Shown here in pieces: positions 1 to 7,950 of a DNA stretch of 30,858 bases. Source of the stretch: a virus (lineage: Duplodnaviria > Caudoviricetes); IMG/VR virus record IMGVR_UViG_3300020044_006003, positions 1 through 30,858 of that record. One strand, given 5' to 3'. Positions within the stretch are counted from its first letter, which is position 1; each line of letters opens with the position of its first letter. Under the pieces are notes generated by a model. It had not been told where the DNA came from. It saw nothing but the letters and a program-made list of their open reading frames with translations, and ran no database searches. Made by a program: the position numbers and the translations under genes.

Positions 1-530
1 GCTTTGGTGCGCTGTGCTTCCACCTTTGGTGCTTCTTTGATGCTCAACTTATCTGCTGCATCCTGCATCGCCTGTTGGATTTGCGGATGTTGGAACATTT
101 CGTAGATGTTGTTGCCTTGTTGCTTATCCTGTTGGATGCGCTCTGTGATTTGTCCGCGTTTGCTCATATACTTTTTGATCCACTCAAAGAACACCTGCCC
201 ATCTATCCGGTTATACAATGGACCAAACTCACCTTTCATTGCCATACGAAAGCATATCTGCAGTTCATCAATGCGCAGGTAGTAGTAATCTTCCATTATC
301 AGTTCAGCTGTTAGTGCTAACTGCATCGGTTGCATAGGTTGTTGCAGGTTAAAGTACTGTTGGCACGCATCCATCATACCAACTAATACACCTACTGCAG
401 CTTGTGGACCTTTTTCATTTTTAATCTGCACTAACATCGGTGAAGTTTTCTGTACCAAAATCGCGTGCAAGCTGGCTTCGGTATTGTTTGCGGAACTCTT
501 CCAGTTCTGTATGGCGTTTTGCTCTTTCAT
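1..530 (-). CDS. Replication-module protein (DUF6633-like, possible helicase loader); partial, runs off the left edge
   Basis: Not in the ORF track. Manual translation from ATG at 530 is open to the window edge: MKEQNAIQNWKSS...ELIMEDYYYLRIDELQICFRMAMKGEFGPLYNRIDGQVFFEWIKKY... It lies directly downstream of the initiator gene and overlaps it by 110 nt. Confidence 0.7.
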   Translation of the reverse strand, partial: MKEQNAIQNWKSSANNTEASLHAILVQKTSPMLVQIKNEKGPQAAVGVLVGMMDACQQYFNLQQPMQPMQLALTAELIMEDYYYLRIDELQICFRMAMKGEFGPLYNRIDGQVFFEWIKKYMSKRGQITERIQQDKQQGNNIYEMFQHPQIQQAMQDAADKLSIKEAPKVEAQRTK

Positions 531-1131
531 CTTGTATTATGTTTTTTGAGTTATTTACTTTTTCAAACTTAGCGTTGTTATTCATCCAGGTACGAATGGC
601 TGCTTCCCAATTTTTCATTTTGTTTTTACCTACCATCCATCCGTTACTTTCGTAATAATTAAAAAATGCCTTTGCTTCTGTAATCACTTTAGCACTATCC
701 CATCTATTACCGGCTAAAGTATTTTTTTCTTTCATATTATTCAAAACTTCATCATATGTAGGAGCGCGAAAGCGCGACCTTGAAACATTATCATTTTGAT
801 TATGATTTACATTCTCATTGACATTTACATTATCATTTACATTTACATTTACATTAGCTTCAACTTTGCTTTTTGTTTGCTTCGGTTTTGCTTCTTGTTT
901 GCTTATTGATTGCTTTACCTTTGCCTTAGTTCCGTTTTCATATCGCTTTAAGTTAGCATCTAATTGGGGTTTGATTAGGGTAAACACAGTCTTAGCTAAT
1001 CCTTTCACTTCTACCTCATTAAAGTTCAATGCATATTCAAAGATTGCAGAATAAACTTTAGATTGTGTTTCTGCATCCAGTTCTTTAATCGCTTCGTAAA
1101 ACGATCTATAAAAGATTGTTGATTCTCTCAT
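421..1131 (-). CDS. Phage replication initiator-like protein (N-terminal DUF6291-like domain)
   Basis: N-terminus FYRSFYEAIKEL...YSAIFEYAL, a central VNVNVN low-complexity linker, a C-terminal FFNYYESNGW..GKNKMKNWEAAIRTW motif, and an internal iteron array. Confidence 0.75.
   Translation of the reverse strand: MRESTIFYRSFYEAIKELDAETQSKVYSAIFEYALNFNEVEVKGLAKTVFTLIKPQLDANLKRYENGTKAKVKQSISKQEAKPKQTKSKVEANVNVNVNDNVNVNENVNHNQNDNVSRSRFRAPTYDEVLNNMKEKNTLAGNRWDSAKVITEAKAFFNYYESNGWMVGKNKMKNWEAAIRTWMNNNAKFEKVNNSKNIIQDERAKRHTELEEFRKQYRSQLARDFGTENFTDVSAD
785..926. repeat. Putative replication origin: 7 x TTTGCTT-like units at 11-bp period (854-926) plus AT-rich 6-mer repeats (785-856)
   Basis: TTTGCTT at 865, 876, 887 and 898, with one-mismatch copies at 854, 909 and 920. 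The adjacent CATTTA/CATTAT hexamer run also lies inside the initiator gene. Confidence 0.65.
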
Positions 1132-1136
1132 AAACT

Positions 1137-1240
1137 AAATACCCACCATCGCATACAATGGACTATCCGCGCACGATTGTGCTATGGCATTGCAGCGATG
1201 ATGGGATTTGTAATGTTTTCATTTACGGATAGTCAGTGCA
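1137..1240 (-). ncRNA. Structured leader RNA, copy 1 (C4/CI-like antisense element), upstream of the initiator gene
   Basis: Stem CCCAUCAUCGC/GCGAUGGUGGG with inner GCAC-AAUC-GUGC hairpin. Loop segment CGGAUAGUC (1169-1161) is complementary to upstream GACUAUCCG (1234-1226). Confidence 0.75.
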
Positions 1241-1247
1241 ATAATAA

Positions 1248-3503
1248 TCAAAATAATGATATCTGTGATTTTTCCTGAACAGCCGATGATATATTTCGCT
1301 TAGCTAAATCATAATAGCTTTCTTTAAGTTCAAAGCCTATACCTTTTCTGCCAAGCTTTACAGATTCATAAACTTCACTGCCAATACCTAAGAATGGAGT
1401 AAACACCGTATCTCCTGGATTTGTCCATAGTTGTATTCCACGATGTATTACATCAAGTTGTAAAGGGCAAATATGCCTCTCATCTTTTTCATTTCTAGCA
1501 GACATGTATTGAAGTGTATTGCCTGGATCTATATCCATCCATACTGGAGATGCATAGCGTTGCCAAATGTCAATAGACAATCTACCTTCCGATTTAAATG
1601 TGCTTTGATCTCCACAAAAATGATCAAACTCGCCTGCAACTGGTTCTAAATTTTCACCAGGCTTCTTCATTGTAACTAAATAATCTGGTATTCCCTGTCT
1701 ACTCATGCAACTATCTTTTGTTACTTGCTTATGTAGTAATCCTATTGCCTTTGTGCGTTGCATGGCTATAACAGGATCCTTCCATATACATACTTCAGAA
1801 TGGTAAGTAAAGCCACACTCTTGAAATAAACGAATAATATCTCCTCTAAAATCTTCTATGCCTATAAAACCATGATGCGACTTTGTAGTTGGCAGATTCA
1901 TGCAGTGTATTGATACATTGCGACCAGGCATTAAAATGCGATATAAATCTTTGACTAAAAACTTAAAATGTTCAAAGAACTCATGGTAGTTTTTAGAATT
2001 TCCCATATCTTCAATGTGATCTGAATAAGTATATAATGAAGCAAATGGTGGACTAAATATCGAATATTGAACACTATTATCTGGTATTGTTTTTATTAAT
2101 TGGCAACTATCGCCACGCTCAATACGATACCATTCATTATTTACTGATTCTGTATCTAAATTAACTTTAGATAGATATTGGTTGTTTAAATTGGCATTTA
2201 TTGCCATACTCATTTGATCTTGCATTTGTTCGAATTGGTTTTGTTTATTATTGATTGATTGTATTACATTCTGCATAGTATCTGTTGTTATCAGATATAT
2301 GTTTACGCTTTTCTTTTGTCCAAATCTATACGACCTACGTATTGCTTGATATAGACCTTCAAAGCTAAAATCTAATGAGGCAAAGATCTGATTACGGCAA
2401 TTTTGATAATTCAAACCAAACTGCGCAATCTTAGTCTTAGTGATTAAAACTCTAAATTCATTATTAGCAAATCCAAGCAGCATTTTCTCTTTATATTCTG
2501 GACTATCGCTTCCTTTTACTTCAACTGCTTCCGGTATCAATTTTCTTAAAAGTTCACCTTCCTCATTTTGTTTAATCCAAATAATAAAGTTTTCACTACT
2601 GTCATTTACTATTGAAACAACCTCATCAATACGTTCTATTTTAGTTAATCTCAACTCTTCATTGAAGTTAGTTGCATTAATAGCAGTATCATTAAATAAA
2701 GATCCATTATTTCTTTTTTCGGTTACAATTTGCCGTTCATAAAGTTCTAACTTAGGTAAATCATAGCCTTTCATTTCAAATCCTATATCTTGTGGCTTAT
2801 TCAACATAATTGCCCATGTACCTACAAACTGATAGAAAAGCTTTATTGCATGACCTTTTAATCTCCATTTAGCAGTTTCACCACCATCATGAATAAAATA
2901 CATACTCAACATTTCAGTGCGTGTCATCACATCGAGAAATTCGCTATGGTTGCCAAGTTCCATTGGATCATTTGGGCTAGGTGTTGCTGTACATGCTAAC
3001 TTATAAGGAGTCTTTTTGAAATACTCTAATATCAGTTTCTTTGTTGATCCTTCAAAGTTTTTTAGAATACTACTTTCATCTAATGCAATACCTGAAAAAA
3101 TAGAGCAGTCAATATCATCCAGTTGTTCATAGTTGGTAATCCAAATTCGCGGAATGCCCTCATGGTATTCATTAGATATTGCATTCTTATTTCCTTTCCA
3201 TTTCCATACTTTAATCTTAAACTTTTCACCTTCTTTAATAGTTTGACCAGCAACAGCTAATGGTGCAAGAATTAATACTGGCTTGTTTGTATGCTTTACT
3301 ACTTGATTTGCCCACTCTAATTGCATTAAAGTTTTACCCAATCCGCAATCTGCAAAAATTGCATACTTGCCTGCATTCAATGCACGCTTAACAATGAACT
3401 TTTGAAAATCAAATAACTTAGGGTTAAGTTGTAAATCTTGAATTATAAATCCACTTTTAACATGAGACTTGACTTTAGCCTCTAAAAAATTTAAATATTC
3501 CAT
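1248..3503 (-). CDS. SNF2-like helicase fused to a beta-class N4/N6 DNA methyltransferase
   Basis: Walker A ADCGLGKT, Walker B DESS, TATP and QAIRRSYRFGQ helicase motifs. In the C-terminal part FSPPF (motif IV) precedes PFLGIGS (motif I). Start moved to ATG 3503 because the track start at 3524 lies inside the RNA stem. Confidence 0.9.
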   Translation of the reverse strand: MEYLNFLEAKVKSHVKSGFIIQDLQLNPKLFDFQKFIVKRALNAGKYAIFADCGLGKTLMQLEWANQVVKHTNKPVLILAPLAVAGQTIKEGEKFKIKVWKWKGNKNAISNEYHEGIPRIWITNYEQLDDIDCSIFSGIALDESSILKNFEGSTKKLILEYFKKTPYKLACTATPSPNDPMELGNHSEFLDVMTRTEMLSMYFIHDGGETAKWRLKGHAIKLFYQFVGTWAIMLNKPQDIGFEMKGYDLPKLELYERQIVTEKRNNGSLFNDTAINATNFNEELRLTKIERIDEVVSIVNDSSENFIIWIKQNEEGELLRKLIPEAVEVKGSDSPEYKEKMLLGFANNEFRVLITKTKIAQFGLNYQNCRNQIFASLDFSFEGLYQAIRRSYRFGQKKSVNIYLITTDTMQNVIQSINNKQNQFEQMQDQMSMAINANLNNQYLSKVNLDTESVNNEWYRIERGDSCQLIKTIPDNSVQYSIFSPPFASLYTYSDHIEDMGNSKNYHEFFEHFKFLVKDLYRILMPGRNVSIHCMNLPTTKSHHGFIGIEDFRGDIIRLFQECGFTYHSEVCIWKDPVIAMQRTKAIGLLHKQVTKDSCMSRQGIPDYLVTMKKPGENLEPVAGEFDHFCGDQSTFKSEGRLSIDIWQRYASPVWMDIDPGNTLQYMSARNEKDERHICPLQLDVIHRGIQLWTNPGDTVFTPFLGIGSEVYESVKLGRKGIGFELKESYYDLAKRNISSAVQEKSQISLF

Positions 3504-3510
3504 TTGATTT

Positions 3511-3612
3511 AAAATACCCACCACTACACGTAAAGGCTCGTCCGCGCACGAAAGTGCTATGGCAATACGGCAGTGATGGGATTTAAAATGTTTTTCATTC
3601 GAACGAGCAATG
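3511..3612 (-). ncRNA. Structured leader RNA, copy 2, upstream of the helicase-methylase gene
   Basis: Stem CCCAUCACUGC/GUAGUGGUGGG with GCAC-UUUC-GUGC hairpin. Loop CGGACGAGC (3544-3536) is complementary to upstream GCUCGUUCG (3608-3600). It covaries with copy 1. Confidence 0.75.
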
Positions 3613-3643
3613 CAAAGATAGTCAAACTATCCTTACTTCCAAA
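3613..3643 (-). promoter_or_regulatory. Bacteroidota housekeeping-type promoter
   Basis: TTTG (3643-3640), N19, TATCTTTG (3620-3613): an exact match to the -33/-7 consensus. Confidence 0.75.
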
Positions 3644-4055
3644 TTAATGTGATGAAACCTGCGGCTACCATACCGGCAAAGAAGGCAATCACAATATCCA
3701 TTAGTGGGTATGGTGTATGTGTGCTGTCTATGTTCACAGGTTGTGGTGCTACATACTCAACTTTCTTGAGTGGTTTAATGATCATCTGTTGCGTACCTGC
3801 CTTGCTTTGTGAATTACAAATACGTGATTGCTTCAAACATTCCTTTGTGAAAGCATTTGCAATAGCTTGTGTCGGCTTATCACCTATCCAGTGTGTTATG
3901 CTACCATCACGCTTTATCATTTGATTTTCACGCATCAGTGTGATTAGTCGTGTACTAACCCTATAATCACGCTGCATTTCTTTAATGTCAAATTCCTTCA
4001 TGTCATAAAGTGTACACATGAATTGATAGTACTTCGTTTTTGTGTTCTTACTCAT
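3633..4055 (-). CDS. Hypothetical protein with C-terminal transmembrane segment
   Basis: 140 aa ending IVIAFFAGMVAAGFITLIWK; ATGA-coupled to the upstream gene. Confidence 0.7.
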   Translation of the reverse strand: MSKNTKTKYYQFMCTLYDMKEFDIKEMQRDYRVSTRLITLMRENQMIKRDGSITHWIGDKPTQAIANAFTKECLKQSRICNSQSKAGTQQMIIKPLKKVEYVAPQPVNIDSTHTPYPLMDIVIAFFAGMVAAGFITLIWK

Positions 4056-4414
4056 AGTTCCAAATATGTTTTTATTGTTGTTGTAAATTCTTCAAATGAC
4101 CTGCACACTTTAACACAGTACCCTGCATTGATAAGCTGTGCGTTAACGATTTTCTGTGTGTCCGATAGTTTACCCTTTTCGGTTTTCATCTCAACAAAAA
4201 GTGCATGGTATGGTCCACTACTCATGCATATCATCAGATCAGGCATACCTGGCATTGCACCTTCCGCTTTCAAGATGTTCCAGCGTTTAGCACGTTGCAC
4301 AGGTGTACCACCTATGAACACACCATTAGGAAAGGATGCAATAAGCACACGTGGGAAGGAATATCTAAACCATTCCACACAGTGCTGTTGTATTTTGCTT
4401 TCCTCATGCTTCAT
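4052..4414 (-). CDS. VRR-NUC domain nuclease (Holliday junction resolvase-like)
   Basis: E..IQ, GMPDL and FVEMKTEKGKLSDTQ PD-(D/E)XK motifs. Confidence 0.88.
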   Translation of the reverse strand: MKHEESKIQQHCVEWFRYSFPRVLIASFPNGVFIGGTPVQRAKRWNILKAEGAMPGMPDLMICMSSGPYHALFVEMKTEKGKLSDTQKIVNAQLINAGYCVKVCRSFEEFTTTIKTYLEL

Positions 4415-5015
4415 AGTAGTCTACCATATTACGCATTGCACACCAAAATTTACCGATGTAATCACCATCTGCTACTATCTGTACCACAGGTACATCATTG
4501 CGCAGGTGCAAGTATTCCCATTCAGACATTGAATGTACATCGTAATCACATCCCATTGATGAAGGGGCATACTGCAATTGATTGCGATCTACTGGAGTAT
4601 CAAAATGCACAATGTAATGTGCAGTGCCATTGATTGTACACATGAAGTAGGTACGATGCTCATTGACTAACCTGCGCTTCACTATGTAGATGTTCTTGCC
4701 ATATAGCTGCTTCACATCATGTATATCGTACTCACTTGACATTTCAGCATCAAAGCTTTCATGCATCTCTAAGAAGTTAAGGTTCTGCTCTATTTCGCGC
4801 CACCTTTTTTCCTTATCATCACTACCCAGTAACAACTTCATCCAACTTAGCAATGTATCATCATTGATGCGCAGTTGCTTTCTGATATCCTGAAACGGCA
4901 TTGAGTTAAAGTGCTTCATGATAAACAGAATATCATTGCGGTTAGGTAGTTTGTGATTGCGCAGTATGGGTTTGATAGTGGCCCTTCGTACTTTATTTCT
5001 ATTCATCACCTTCAT
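4404..5015 (-). CDS. Hypothetical protein
   Basis: 203-aa ORF overlapping its neighbours in the minus-strand operon. Confidence 0.65.
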   Translation of the reverse strand: MKVMNRNKVRRATIKPILRNHKLPNRNDILFIMKHFNSMPFQDIRKQLRINDDTLLSWMKLLLGSDDKEKRWREIEQNLNFLEMHESFDAEMSSEYDIHDVKQLYGKNIYIVKRRLVNEHRTYFMCTINGTAHYIVHFDTPVDRNQLQYAPSSMGCDYDVHSMSEWEYLHLRNDVPVVQIVADGDYIGKFWCAMRNMVDYYEA

Positions 5016-5235
5016 TTTTGATAGTTATTGATTGGATTAGTTCGCAAATAGGTATTTCCATAGCCTTAGATAAGTTGACTAATTGGGCAACTTTTATGGT
5101 GCGTGAATCTTCACACCAATTGTAGATGGTTTTTAGAGTTACCGGTGTATTGCTTCTTTGCATCGCACGCAGTAGGGCAGATTTACTGCCCATCGTGCGT
5201 GTGATTAGTTTACTAAATCTGTCGTTGCGTCTCAT
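4999..5235 (-). CDS. XRE/Cro-like helix-turn-helix regulator
   Basis: 78 aa with the pattern VTLKTIYNW...IKVAQLVNLSKAMEIPICELI. Confidence 0.7.
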   Translation of the reverse strand: MRRNDRFSKLITRTMGSKSALLRAMQRSNTPVTLKTIYNWCEDSRTIKVAQLVNLSKAMEIPICELIQSITIKNEGDE

Positions 5236-5570
5236 TGAATTGGTTTTAATTGATGATTAACTGCATAGAATACATTGCGGTGAGCTTCGCTGAAGTGGTG
5301 ATGAAATACTGATTCATCAATCACTTCATAATTTTGATTGTGCATGGAACGTTCAAGGCAAGTGATTACTTCATCCTGATCATCATACTGATGCACATCA
5401 ATGCTAATGGTGTAACCTTTACGCTGATACAACTCAATAAGAGTATATTCTTCTGTCATGCAGCAAAACGTTTTGCATAAGTTACCACTTGTAAAGTAGT
5501 AAGGAAGTTTGATTTCAAAAGTGTCAACTGTTGCTGGCACTTGAAGGCGGATTTGAATAGTGTTTGTCAT
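5232..5570 (-). CDS. Hypothetical protein
   Basis: 112-aa ORF with an A-rich start context and ATGA coupling to the next gene. Confidence 0.65.
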   Translation of the reverse strand: MTNTIQIRLQVPATVDTFEIKLPYYFTSGNLCKTFCCMTEEYTLIELYQRKGYTISIDVHQYDDQDEVITCLERSMHNQNYEVIDESVFHHHFSEAHRNVFYAVNHQLKPIQ

Positions 5571-5594
5571 TGTATATTGATTTTAAAAATTTAC

Positions 5595-5846
5595 TTAGTA
5601 ACAGATATCGCAGGTTGTTTTCACATGTGGCAATTGTGATAGGTTTTCAATTGCTTCATCAATGAATATTGAATAGTCATCTAACTGATCGTCTTCATCA
5701 TGCAGTGCATTCCATTGCTGCATCAACTTAATAGATTCTTCTTTTACCTCACGTTCGTAATCAAAGGCCCAATTGCAGTAGATGCATGGGATGGTGTTAT
5801 CTAATTCTTCTTCGTTTGGAGTGGTGTCAATAATGATAGTATACAT
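5595..5846 (-). CDS. Acidic hypothetical protein with two CxxC motifs
   Basis: CIYC and CDIC. Start moved to ATG 5846, downstream of the promoter at 5873-5903. Confidence 0.6.
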   Translation of the reverse strand: MYTIIIDTTPNEEELDNTIPCIYCNWAFDYEREVKEESIKLMQQWNALHDEDDQLDDYSIFIDEAIENLSQLPHVKTTCDICY

Positions 5847-5872
5847 AGTGCTGTGTTTTGTGTTATCTTTGG

Positions 5873-5903
5873 CAAATGTATGCAAGATTTTACAATATGC
5901 AAA
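5873..5903 (-). promoter_or_regulatory. Leftward early promoter (Bacteroidota consensus)
   Basis: TTTG (5903-5900), N19, TACATTTG (5880-5873). Confidence 0.75.
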
Positions 5904-5921
5904 TAATTTCAAGAATATTTT

Positions 5922-6461
5922 TTGGATAACTGCGTAAGTGACAATATTTCAAAGCATTACCAAGAGTGGCTAAACAAGGCTACAGGACTTTCTCACGATA
6001 AAAATAAAGCATCGGACCTGCTACATGAGGTACTTGCACGGTTAATGGATAGACCAGAGGCGGATGTAGAAGAAATTTGCTGTGGTGGGAAGATAGAAGC
6101 ATACATAAATAGAGCCATTTGGCTATCATGGCACAGCGGTAGAAGTGATTACGCTATGAAGTATCGCAAATACTACGAGCTGCACACAGATAGCCGGGTA
6201 GAAGATACCAAACAGGATGAAACGTGGATAGGTGCATTCATAGATGGTGAGTATTTATACAGCGCAATAGGTAGGCTAAATGAATTTGACAGCATACTAC
6301 TGCGCCTATACTCTAAACCTGACTTTGACTATAAAGAATTAAGCGCACAGACTGGTATACCCTATGCCTATCTGCGCACATCAATACATAGGGCATTAAA
6401 ACGAATACGCGAATATGTTAAACTTCAACGTGCCATTGCACATTCAACGCGAGAGAATTAG
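5922..6461 (+). CDS. Phage-encoded ECF-type sigma-70 factor
   Basis: 179 aa. Region 2-like ASDLLHEVLARL and region 4 HTH YKELSAQTGIPYAYLRTSIHRALKRIRE. TTG start is uncertain. Confidence 0.75.
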   Translation: MDNCVSDNISKHYQEWLNKATGLSHDKNKASDLLHEVLARLMDRPEADVEEICCGGKIEAYINRAIWLSWHSGRSDYAMKYRKYYELHTDSRVEDTKQDETWIGAFIDGEYLYSAIGRLNEFDSILLRLYSKPDFDYKELSAQTGIPYAYLRTSIHRALKRIREYVKLQRAIAHSTREN

Positions 6462-6861
6462 TATTTGCCACACTTGCAAGTTCTATAACTCAACATTCAA
6501 GACCTGTGGTACACCTTTGATTGGTGGTAAGGTAGATCCTGAAGAAAACAACGTGACCTACTACAAAGCAAAGATAAAGTTGTGCGGATGCTTTATGGAA
6601 GTAAAGACAAAGTTCCGTTTTGCATCTTGCCCGGCTAACAAGTGGTTTGCACTGGACATGAAACCTGAAGAGATAACCGTATTAGATCAGTTTATAAATC
6701 GCGTCAACAAAGCAAACAAGATAGAGCCTGATGATATCAATCTTTTGTATCATTGGTATAGCAAGATAAGCAAGAAGCATCAACAGCCAAGCGGATGTGC
6801 ATCATGCATACGCGACCTTATCAATGAATTTCGTAGACAATTAGGAAAAGTAGAAAAATAA
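6415..6861 (+). CDS. Cys-rich hypothetical protein
   Basis: RISICHTC, CGCFM..K......CPANKW and CASC motifs suggest metal binding. Confidence 0.7.
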   Translation: MLNFNVPLHIQRERISICHTCKFYNSTFKTCGTPLIGGKVDPEENNVTYYKAKIKLCGCFMEVKTKFRFASCPANKWFALDMKPEEITVLDQFINRVNKANKIEPDDINLLYHWYSKISKKHQQPSGCASCIRDLINEFRRQLGKVEK

Positions 6862-6868
6862 AAATACC

Positions 6869-7009
6869 ATGCCATTACCAGTACCAATACCAGAAGAATC
6901 AAAGAATGATTTTGTAGCACGTTGTATGAGCGATGCTAAGACACAAAGTGAATACCCAGATATTCAACAGCGCATAGCCGTGTGCATTGCGCAGTATAAT
7001 GCTAAATAA
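6869..7009 (+). CDS. Small phage protein (46 aa)
   Basis: Below the ORF track cutoff: MPLPVPIPEESKNDFVARCMSDAKTQSEYPDIQQRIAVCIAQYNAK. It fills the intergenic gap. Confidence 0.7.
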   Translation: MPLPVPIPEESKNDFVARCMSDAKTQSEYPDIQQRIAVCIAQYNAK

Positions 7010-7028
7010 CAATATATTATCGAAGCTT

Positions 7029-7313
7029 ATGGAAAAGACACGGAATGACAAAGGCCACTTGCTACCAGGTCATGGTGGCTTAAAACCGAAAGGTGCAGTT
7101 AGTGAAAAGACAAAGATGTGGAATGAGTTAGGCGAATGGTTTGTGCAACAAGGTGCAGCCAAGTGTATGCGCATAATGAATGATATGGAAGATGAGGAGT
7201 ACATCAAACACTACACTGCACTACTCGAATACTTCAAACCTAAACAGGCGCGAATCACTCACAGCGGTGATGAAAAAGCACCGGTTATTATTCAAGTGCA
7301 TTCCGATCTGTAA
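7029..7313 (+). CDS. Putative terminase small subunit-like protein
   Basis: RNDKGHLLPGHGGLKPKG N-terminal motif (DUF5681-like) and a C-terminal ITHSGDEKAPVII tail typical of TerS. Start moved to ATG 7029. Confidence 0.5.
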   Translation: MEKTRNDKGHLLPGHGGLKPKGAVSEKTKMWNELGEWFVQQGAAKCMRIMNDMEDEEYIKHYTALLEYFKPKQARITHSGDEKAPVIIQVHSDL

Positions 7314-7339
7314 CAAAAACGAATCAAAAACTACAATAC
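7309..7339 (+). promoter_or_regulatory. Candidate late promoter for the phage sigma factor
   Basis: TGTAACAAAAA-N11-CTACAATAC; a near-identical motif occurs at 19159-19188. Confidence 0.55.
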
Positions 7340-7347
7340 TACACGCA

Positions 7348-7950
7348 ATGAAAATCAATGTTAAGATAGCAGCTAATGCGCAGGGCATAACGATAGGCAA
7401 ATACATCGACTATCAAAATGCAATTGATAAGGTGGAACAGGTGCGCATCATCACTGGCAAGAACAGCGAAAGCATAAAGCTTATGCAGGTGCAAGTGATA
7501 GATGAAATCATCATGCGCTTTGAAGCAGCAATTAAGATAGGCAGCAACAACTTTGAAAGGAAGGTTGATTGTGGCCTATACAAGTTAGGGTTTATTCCTA
7601 ACCTCACTGAAATGAGTTTTGGTGAATACATCGACTTGGATACAGCCTGCGGTAATCTGTATAAGGATGATAAGATAAATGGTGAGGCTGCGCTAAAGAT
7701 GATGGGCATACTATACCGACCTGTTAAAGCTTCATTTGGTCAGTACTACGACATTGAAAAGTACAACCCAACAGAAGTACGCAAATACAGCGATGCTATT
7801 AAGCAGTTGACTTTAGACCATGTACTAAATGTGCTGCTTTTTTTTTCGAATTTAGAAGGGGAACTATACAACAGTTCCCTAGAATATTTGGCAAAGGAGA
7901 TAACGGAGATAGTGAAGGAGATGAAGCAGGAACAACCCCAGACGGCTTAA
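7348..7950 (+). CDS. Tail assembly chaperone (G-like, 200 aa)
   Basis: GFIPNL.EMSFGEYIDLD...ILYRP motif and a T9 slippery run at 7838-7846. Start moved to ATG 7348. Confidence 0.65.
   Translation: MKINVKIAANAQGITIGKYIDYQNAIDKVEQVRIITGKNSESIKLMQVQVIDEIIMRFEAAIKIGSNNFERKVDCGLYKLGFIPNLTEMSFGEYIDLDTACGNLYKDDKINGEAALKMMGILYRPVKASFGQYYDIEKYNPTEVRKYSDAIKQLTLDHVLNVLLFFSNLEGELYNSSLEYLAKEITEIVKEMKQEQPQTA

Noticed and set aside
1137-3612. Leader elements as tRNA, SAM riboswitch or CRISPR repeats
   Set aside because: No cloverleaf or T-loop, no SAM riboswitch consensus that I recognise, only two copies 2.4 kb apart, and no cas genes.
7180-7347. Upstream starts given by the ORF track (7180, and likewise 3524, 5912, 6987, 27506, 28559, 29526)
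   Set aside because: They overlap promoters, RNA stems or upstream genes. Downstream ATGs have better A-rich context or stop-start coupling.
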